Source: an uncultured virus (IMG/VR IMGVR_UViG_3300028025_000094) (Duplodnaviria; Heunggongvirae; Uroviricota; Caudoviricetes). Taken from it: 64,000 nucleotides of DNA. A program made the translations under genes and the position numbers. The notes beneath the pieces were generated by a model. That model ran no database searches. It was not told the DNA's origin and saw only the letters and a list, made by a program, of their open reading frames with translations. This document shows, piece by piece, positions 57,964 to 64,000 of this stretch (positions are counted from its first letter, which is position 1; every line of letters starts with the position of its first letter). The DNA lies in IMG/VR virus record IMGVR_UViG_3300028025_000094; one strand, given 5' to 3'.

Positions 57964-58527
57964 CTATATAGCACCAAGTAAGAAATAAAGGGACTCTGGA
58001 AAAACCTGGATATCTTCCTTATAATTGATTTTGGACATTCCAGATCCGATCCACTCGTACCTTTTATGATTAAAAGAAGACGGGCTGGTAAAGGCCCTCA
58101 TGTTTGTTAGAATATCAAAATTGATCCCGGAAATCCCTTTAAAGTGCTCCGTTTTTATTTCAAGATCTCCTAGCCTAAAATAAACATGAATTCCACCGTT
58201 CAAACTTTTCTCCATCAATAAAGATTCTGGGTCGATTTCTTTATCCATTAGTAGCTTATAAAAGGAAGGGACCGATTCGGGGGTATTTGCTTCTACGTCT
58301 AAACATATTAGACCAGATCCCTGAAGGATAATTCCTAGGAAATTGTATTCATCATTTAAATCCCCATGGGAGTCTAAAATTTGATCAGTAAGACGAATGG
58401 TTTTTTTAAAGAGTTTTTTGCTACTATGTTCCGCCTCTACTTTCAGTGCCATTGATTCAACTCCTATCGATCTCCATTTTCTAGCGGCATCTAAGATTGA
58501 ATTGTTCATGCTAGAATAGTTCTTCAA
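57964..58527 (-). CDS. Stand-alone Prim-Pol domain (copy 2)
   Basis: LICLDVE, KSLNGGIHVYF, FDIL..AFTSPS. Confidence 0.72.
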   Translation of the reverse strand: MKNYSSMNNSILDAARKWRSIGVESMALKVEAEHSSKKLFKKTIRLTDQILDSHGDLNDEYNFLGIILQGSGLICLDVEANTPESVPSFYKLLMDKEIDPESLLMEKSLNGGIHVYFRLGDLEIKTEHFKGISGINFDILTNMRAFTSPSSFNHKRYEWIGSGMSKINYKEDIQVFPESLYFLLGAI

Positions 58528-59335
58528 TTACACAATTTTCTGGAAGGTCTTCTCTATCTATTTTTAAATAGTCGACGAGTGAATCGCCCCAATAAATAGG
58601 TGCATCACGAACTAAATTTGAGACCTCATCAAAAAATTCTCTCATTTTAACAAGATCAGGATCCTTATCCCGGGTCGGACCGTTCAATAGTCCAATTCTC
58701 ATGAAGTCGCAATGCTCATGAACAGCTTTTATCATTTTGAGTGTAGATTCAAAATCTATTATAGGTTCAAAACTAGCAAATGTCTTGAACCCCATTTTCT
58801 TTAATCTAATAAGGCTTTGAGCCCTTTCTTCGTTCGATCCTGCTCCAACTTCAATCTCATCGTGACCTGTTAGAGAAAAGCCGAAAGCGAATAGATCTAT
58901 TTTTGGGGTCTGTCCCCATACTGTTTTTTGTTCCTCGAATTCCCTAACAAAGTCATCATTCATCCAATCGGTGCACTTAGTCAGCACTTTGAATGGAACA
59001 TCAAGATCGTGACAGATTTTCATCGCACCATAGGTTAAACCTTTGGTCTCTGGTAACATAGCATCGGTTGTGAGTGAGAAAAAAAGACGACCTCTACTTT
59101 GGAGTGAATCTAGATTTTCCTTTACCTCCTCTTCGAATACTTCTAGAGCATGGGGTTCGTTTCTGAAATGCTTGATTAGTTTAACTTTTTCCCCAGTCCA
59201 GTTATGTTTTAGGATATAAGAACAACAGCAATATATGCAAGCGTTAGCACATCCAATATAAAAATTACAAGTCCAAGGACTTCTTCTTCCACCCTTTTCC
59301 CTATAAACTAAGGAATTCCATTTTTTTACAGGCAT
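58511..59335 (-). CDS. Radical SAM protein
   Basis: NFYIGCANACIYC (CxxxCxxC), VLTK, ASFEPI. Confidence 0.85.
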   Translation of the reverse strand: MPVKKWNSLVYREKGGRRSPWTCNFYIGCANACIYCCCSYILKHNWTGEKVKLIKHFRNEPHALEVFEEEVKENLDSLQSRGRLFFSLTTDAMLPETKGLTYGAMKICHDLDVPFKVLTKCTDWMNDDFVREFEEQKTVWGQTPKIDLFAFGFSLTGHDEIEVGAGSNEERAQSLIRLKKMGFKTFASFEPIIDFESTLKMIKAVHEHCDFMRIGLLNGPTRDKDPDLVKMREFFDEVSNLVRDAPIYWGDSLVDYLKIDREDLPENCVIEELF

Positions 59336-59356
59336 ATAGTAATTGAGAGTTTATCT

Positions 59357-59794
59357 TTACTTTCTTAGAGGTAGAATTATAATTCCTGGAAATTTATCTT
59401 TAATCTTTTCACAAATATCTTCGGGTTCAACTCCTGAGAATTTACCTTCTCCGTCGTAGGAAAGATCCTCGATAATCCCATGCACAACCCTTTTAAATTC
59501 CTCACCATTATTAGTGATAGCCATATATGTAGCATAATACATTTCCGAATTCCCGTATTCTTGAAATGTAGATGTTTTTCTATCAGCATTTTCTTCTTCG
59601 TCCGCATCTTGATCATCGCCATCGCCAAAATCGTAAGCATTATATCCAGCATCTGACCAAGCTGAATATACATCCTCTTCGTCTGGTGCATCTAGAGGGG
59701 TGTTACTGAAATCATCAACCATTGGCCATCCGTGATAATCGTCCGGAAGAAGTGTGAAAAAAATAACTTCCATGTTGTTTTCGCTATTTGACAT
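59357..59794 (-). CDS. Acidic hypothetical protein
   Basis: 145-aa Asp/Glu-rich ORF. Confidence 0.55.
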   Translation of the reverse strand: MSNSENNMEVIFFTLLPDDYHGWPMVDDFSNTPLDAPDEEDVYSAWSDAGYNAYDFGDGDDQDADEEENADRKTSTFQEYGNSEMYYATYMAITNNGEEFKRVVHGIIEDLSYDGEGKFSGVEPEDICEKIKDKFPGIIILPLRK

Positions 59795-59862
59795 TCTATT
59801 TTTAATTATATTTTTTATATCCCAACTTCAAATTCAAGTTTCGGAATTAATTTTTGAATGGA

Positions 59863-60210
59863 TTAAAACAAATCCAGTTTGGAAAGCCTACCTAGTCTGG
59901 AAAAATCTTCCAGCTCAGTTCTTTGTAAAACCTCTGCTTTTGTTTCGGGGTCAGAGTCTAAATGATGTAATAAGGTAGGATCTTTTTTAAATATATCATC
60001 AAGAATAGCTTCAAGAGTTATTCCCTCCCTTTCTGCTGCAGATTTTAATTCCTGAAAAAATTCTGGGTGCTGGTTTTTTATGGGAGAGTAGATATTAAGA
60101 GCAGCATTAGGATCATTTTTCATGACCTGTAAAACCTGCTCTGCTGCTTGACTGTAAGATATTTCGCTTTCGTTAAGAGCGAATCTATTAAAGTGCTTGA
60201 TATACTTCAT
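59863..60210 (-). CDS. Leader-bearing protein with variant C-terminal tag
   Basis: MKYIKHFNRFALNES; IKNQHPEFFQEL; ends LGRLSKLDLF; GATATATA box 60227-60234. Confidence 0.6.
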   Translation of the reverse strand: MKYIKHFNRFALNESEISYSQAAEQVLQVMKNDPNAALNIYSPIKNQHPEFFQELKSAAEREGITLEAILDDIFKKDPTLLHHLDSDPETKAEVLQRTELEDFSRLGRLSKLDLF

Positions 60211-60302
60211 GTCTTTTATTTTTATTTATATATCTATCTTAGAAGATTATAGAGTGCTCGAACTCTTCACCTTCTTCGTATCTATAAAAGTAAACTCCAA
60301 CC

Positions 60303-60512
60303 ATGATAGATCAACCAGTAGATGATGAACTAACAAAGAAATTCAAAACAGCCAAGAGACTTTTTCAAGACTACAGGTATAAGGTAGTATCGGGAGATCC
60401 GGAGCAGGCTTCTTATAATACCGAGCAGGCAAATTTCTGGCTGGGTAAGTATAGAGCATTAAAAGAGGAGTTAAATCATAGAAACAATCCAGAGAAACCC
60501 ACAGGCGTTTAA
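60303..60512 (+). CDS. Hypothetical protein
   Basis: 69-aa ORF followed by terminator. Confidence 0.5.
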   Translation: MIDQPVDDELTKKFKTAKRLFQDYRYKVVSGDPEQASYNTEQANFWLGKYRALKEELNHRNNPEKPTGV

Positions 60513-60518
60513 ACAGAG

Positions 60519-60546
60519 AAGGCTTAGAGAAATCTAAGCCTTTTTT
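60519..60546 (+). terminator. Intrinsic terminator
   Basis: AAGGCTTAGA-GAAA-TCTAAGCCTTTTTT. Confidence 0.8.
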
Positions 60547-60567
60547 GTGGGCGATATATAAAGAATC

Positions 60568-61356
60568 ATGATTAAAGCATCTAAAAAATATGAAAATTTG
60601 GTCACCTTTGGTTGTTCTTTTACAACAGGTCACCTATTAGGTAACGAAGGGTCTTGGGGATTTTTTCTTGCTAAATTATTAAACTCCGGGCACGTAAATA
60701 AAGGTGGAGGGGGTTCAAATACAAATATAGTTACGAATGTCATAAATTATTGTGAAACCAACGATATGAGTAACTCGTGTGTTGGTATTCAATGGAGCGA
60801 TGTAACTAGAAGGGAATATTGGGATGATAAGAACGGGGGATATTATACATTGGGGATCGGAACTTTCGATCCTGTGCATAGAATTTTTGAAAGGGAAACC
60901 GAGCATGACAATTCCTTGACCTTTATTCAAAAGAACCAACCCTTTTTCGGAGAAATGTGGTTCAATCTCGCCGAAAACACTCTCAGAACCATAATTGCAA
61001 TAATCAGTGTTAAATCCTATTTGAAAAGTAAGAATATCGATTTTATAATGTTCGAAGGGATCAATTCAATTAAGAATATAAATAAATCTTTTTATCCTCA
61101 AAATTATTTGATTGATATTGACAACCCCCATGTTACAGATTCAAATAATTTTGGACTATTAAAAAACGAGATCCGAATGTCGCTGTTAAATGACATCACA
61201 TTTTATAGTGAATTAGGAGATTGGATGAACGCCATGCATAATCACCCTCATTTCGATCCATCCATTAATGACGGACATCCACATGAGGAGATAGTAAATT
61301 GGTGGGCTAATAATTTATTCAGTCATATCAAGAACGTGGAAAATTTGAATTCATAA
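60568..61356 (+). CDS. SGNH/GDSL-like protein
   Basis: TFGCSFTTG, GGGSN, IQWS..RRE, DGHP; GATATATA 60553-60560. Confidence 0.68.
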   Translation: MIKASKKYENLVTFGCSFTTGHLLGNEGSWGFFLAKLLNSGHVNKGGGGSNTNIVTNVINYCETNDMSNSCVGIQWSDVTRREYWDDKNGGYYTLGIGTFDPVHRIFERETEHDNSLTFIQKNQPFFGEMWFNLAENTLRTIIAIISVKSYLKSKNIDFIMFEGINSIKNINKSFYPQNYLIDIDNPHVTDSNNFGLLKNEIRMSLLNDITFYSELGDWMNAMHNHPHFDPSINDGHPHEEIVNWWANNLFSHIKNVENLNS

Positions 61357-61364
61357 GTATAGTG

Positions 61365-62147
61365 ATGAAAAAAAGATTCTTTTCTTTTGGCTGCAGTTTC
61401 ACAAAGGCATGGGAAAATCCCACTTGGGCAGATTTTATTGGGATCGAATTTGAAAACCTTTATAATTTTGCCATGCCTGGTTCTTCGAATAATTTGATTA
61501 TGCAGAGATTCGTTGAAGCAGATTCCCATTACAAATTCAACAAAGAGACTGATGTTATAATGATTGCCATCAGTGGTCTTGGCCGTTATTCCTTTCCTGT
61601 CACGATTGGAGATGAAGATTTTTTCTACAGTAGGGGAGATTTGGATGTAAGCCAATCAAGTGCTAAAGATACCAAAGAGGTATCTGAAAATTTCGAATTT
61701 GTCAGAACAAAATTTTGGAAGAAGAGATTTTCTGTTTTCGATTCATATATTTCCATCAAGGTAATGAAAGATATTCTTTCAGCAAGAAATATAGAACATC
61801 GCATTTTAGCTGCAATTGATTATAAGATTTATCTTGACAACGCCCAGGTTTTCGGGATCGGGGATGAATTATTATCCAAAATAGAAGAAATGGTAGGCAT
61901 GTTAGATGTCAAAGAATCCATCAGCGAATTTGATAATTTTAAGCTTCATCATCCTTCCCAGCAAACTCACTACGATTTTGTAAAAAAACATCTACCCCAG
62001 TTTTTGGGAGCAGCATCGGAGAAGCTGTTAAATATTAATTTCAATAAGAAGTACTACGATTACATTTTAAAGATCCATCCCGGTTATCAAGGATTGGGTG
62101 CATACGACGGAAGTGGTAGCAAAAGTTACTGCTTGGGATATTTTTAG
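61365..62147 (+). CDS. SGNH/GDSL-like protein
   Basis: SFGCSFT, PTWAD, PGSSN, LHHPS. Confidence 0.68.
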   Translation: MKKRFFSFGCSFTKAWENPTWADFIGIEFENLYNFAMPGSSNNLIMQRFVEADSHYKFNKETDVIMIAISGLGRYSFPVTIGDEDFFYSRGDLDVSQSSAKDTKEVSENFEFVRTKFWKKRFSVFDSYISIKVMKDILSARNIEHRILAAIDYKIYLDNAQVFGIGDELLSKIEEMVGMLDVKESISEFDNFKLHHPSQQTHYDFVKKHLPQFLGAASEKLLNINFNKKYYDYILKIHPGYQGLGAYDGSGSKSYCLGYF

Positions 62148-62232
62148 TGGGGGAACATTTTTAAATTCCGGAAAAATCCTTTAAATTTGATCTTCTCTGG
62201 TAAAAATATTTAATCAAAACAAATAGAACAAA

Positions 62233-62433
62233 ATGGAATCAGCGGCACAAACAGCAATTAACGAGGCTCGTGAAATCATGGAAGGATTCGATGACCACGG
62301 AGGCACCCTAGTTTTTTATAACCAGGAGAGCTACACCCTAACACAGGAGCAAATGACCAAGATTGCAGGTGCTCTTTACCTAGCGGACTGTGAAATTGGT
62401 GAACGGACCTCCAATCAACCTAAATGTAATTAA
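62233..62433 (+). CDS. Hypothetical protein
   Basis: TAAATTTG 62182-62189 upstream. Confidence 0.5.
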   Translation: MESAAQTAINEAREIMEGFDDHGGTLVFYNQESYTLTQEQMTKIAGALYLADCEIGERTSNQPKCN

Positions 62434-62445
62434 AACGAATAAATT

Positions 62446-62640
62446 ATGGGATGGAAATCAACAGTAGACATTACAAGAGAGCAAGCAATTAGTCTTGCTA
62501 CTAAAGAACTAGCTAAGAAAATAGGAGAGATTCACACTATGTCTGATACAGAATTAGAAGACTTACTAGAAGAATTAGGATATGGCGAGACTCAAGGTAT
62601 GGAATACTTTGGACATAATTTTAATATAACACACGAATAA
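62446..62640 (+). CDS. Hypothetical protein
   Basis: MGWKSTVDITREQAI small phage protein. Confidence 0.55.
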   Translation: MGWKSTVDITREQAISLATKELAKKIGEIHTMSDTELEDLLEELGYGETQGMEYFGHNFNITHE

Positions 62641-62643
62641 TCT

Positions 62644-62979
62644 ATGAAAACAGCAATGCAACTAATGTTAGAAGATTTAGAATTAAGATATAAAGTACTA
62701 TCTAAGGCAGAAATGCTACAAGCGTGTGGTGCAATAGAAGGAACTATTGACTATGCTAAATCTTTAATTATAAAAGAAAAAGAGCAGATAGTAGAATCAT
62801 TTGATAGTGGCATATATGTTGGAACATACGCAGTAGATAAAGATGGAGAAGATTACTACAACCAAACCTATAATCCGACTATCAGTAAAATAACCATTAC
62901 AGAAATTAATACCCAAAAGCAGCACATCATTGACATGATGAAAGATGATGAAGATTTAGGATTGTATAGTCCCATATAA
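62644..62979 (+). CDS. Hypothetical phage protein (EKEQI..YYNQTY type)
   Basis: MKTAMQ..KEKEQIVESF..GEDYYNQTY. Confidence 0.6.
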   Translation: MKTAMQLMLEDLELRYKVLSKAEMLQACGAIEGTIDYAKSLIIKEKEQIVESFDSGIYVGTYAVDKDGEDYYNQTYNPTISKITITEINTQKQHIIDMMKDDEDLGLYSPI

Positions 62980-63046
62980 TTCAGAATCCCCAGCATCCGA
63001 TCCAACGCATAGGCCAAAGAACTCGATATATAAGGGAAAACAAGGC

Positions 63047-63208
63047 ATGTACAAGATAGCACAAGGATCCAATACCACTGAATTAGAAACGCAGGTCAAT
63101 GCACTCATCCTAGAAGGGTACGCTCCCTCAGGTAGTATGGTGGTGATAAGTGATACCAGAAGAGATAACTCCCTCAAGTATATGCAACCAATGTACAATC
63201 CAGCATAG
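63047..63208 (+). CDS. 53-aa DUF1737-like protein (not in ORF track)
   Basis: MYKIAQGSNTTELETQVNALILEGYAPSGSMVV...YMQPM; GATATATA 63025-63032. Confidence 0.5.
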   Translation: MYKIAQGSNTTELETQVNALILEGYAPSGSMVVISDTRRDNSLKYMQPMYNPA

Positions 63209-63211
63209 ACT

Positions 63212-63772
63212 ATGAAACACATTCTGCTATACGAGAACTTTCTTTCCCCGATAGATGGCATAGAGATATTCCCAAGCAAGAGCAAGGCTTATCATCTCAC
63301 CCCTGACATCTACCTAGACAGTATCCAGAAAGAGGGACTCACACCTCGCACAGAAAGCAAGCTAGCTCCACATCCGGAGAGAATCTACCTTTATCTCAAC
63401 CCTTCAAGCTCGCTTAAGACCCTAGCGGGTGCTCTATGGCATGCTAGCTCATATAAGGACAGGGTAAAGAAATACCATATCCTAGAGATAGATCTGACAC
63501 AATTACCAGATCACAAGTTCTATGCAGATCCACATAGTTCTCTATCCTATGTAGCAATCTACACCAACCAGAGTATACCCCCATCTGCCTTTAAGGTCCT
63601 GGGAACAATCCCCGTAGAGAAGTTTCCTCCCCAGAAGGAGATAGATGATACCCCGACATACGTAAGAGAGCCACGAGATGAAGGACCATCCAAATGGGAG
63701 GAGCTCGGAAAGATGCTAGACAAATTACCAGCAGATAAGCAGACTATAAACCTAAAGGATTTAGTGGGTTAA
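63212..63772 (+). CDS. Tpt1/KptA-like ADP-ribosyltransferase-fold protein with leader
   Basis: MKHILLYENF; AYHLT...SIQKEGLTPR..ERIYL..ILEID..IPPSA. Confidence 0.6.
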   Translation: MKHILLYENFLSPIDGIEIFPSKSKAYHLTPDIYLDSIQKEGLTPRTESKLAPHPERIYLYLNPSSSLKTLAGALWHASSYKDRVKKYHILEIDLTQLPDHKFYADPHSSLSYVAIYTNQSIPPSAFKVLGTIPVEKFPPQKEIDDTPTYVREPRDEGPSKWEELGKMLDKLPADKQTINLKDLVG

Positions 63773-63802
63773 AAAGATATATAAATGAAAATAACGAAGG
63801 CA

Positions 63803-64000
63803 ATGAAACACATTAAACTTTTTGAGGGTTGGAGAGAGGGATATGACGACGATCTTGAGGATCGAGAATTGTACAGGGAGCTGAAACACGACGACGAGGA
63901 ATCGGATCCATATCTTTCCGACAGGGAAAAAGAGGAGCAATATAGGATGTTATCCGGTGAGTGGGTTTACGGCGAGGATTCTTCAGATGATATACTAATT
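63803..64000 (+). CDS. 3'-truncated leader-bearing protein
   Basis: MKHIKLFEGW; open to window end; GATATATA 63776-63783. Confidence 0.6.
   Translation, partial: MKHIKLFEGWREGYDDDLEDRELYRELKHDDEESDPYLSDREKEEQYRMLSGEWVYGEDSSDDILI

Noticed and set aside
59357..59794. Paralogy with acidic tagged protein 41419..42174
   Set aside because: The similarity is limited to composition and an FF.lP motif, too weak without an alignment.
1..64000. Genome-wide stop-codon recoding (TAG to Gln) as in some Bacteroidota phages
   Set aside because: Recognisable genes are intact in code 11 and TAG falls at natural ends (ClpP IIDAII*, barrel FGLGVNF*).

Overview
This is a gene-dense, AT-rich fragment of a large (jumbo/huge) tailed-phage genome read in the standard code. 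The host is most likely Bacteroidota: there are TAnnTTTG -7 promoter boxes, no Shine-Dalgarno sites and a DUF2452 gene. No capsid, terminase, polymerase, tRNA, rRNA or CRISPR array was seen. Contents include thyA, an RNA-repair trio (cyclic-phosphate receiver, RlaP-type nucleotidyltransferase, Rnl2-type ligase), ADP-heptose-type and amino-sugar tailoring cassettes, several peptidoglycan hydrolases, seven SGNH-like paralogues, a DUF2589 pair, two ClpP genes and an N-domain-less ClpC-like ATPase. The main unexplained structure is a shared tagging pattern on otherwise unrelated proteins. About 20 ORFs start with an MK[HY][IL]KxFxxF..E-type leader and usually sit behind a GATATATA box. Six of them, plus two variants, end in a conserved ~30-aa module finishing T-L-A-D-L-G-E-L-G-F-stop. 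I infer a capsid-packaged cargo system with a second C-terminal address tag, possibly linked to the phage Clp machinery. All family assignments are from motif recognition by eye; no searches were run.
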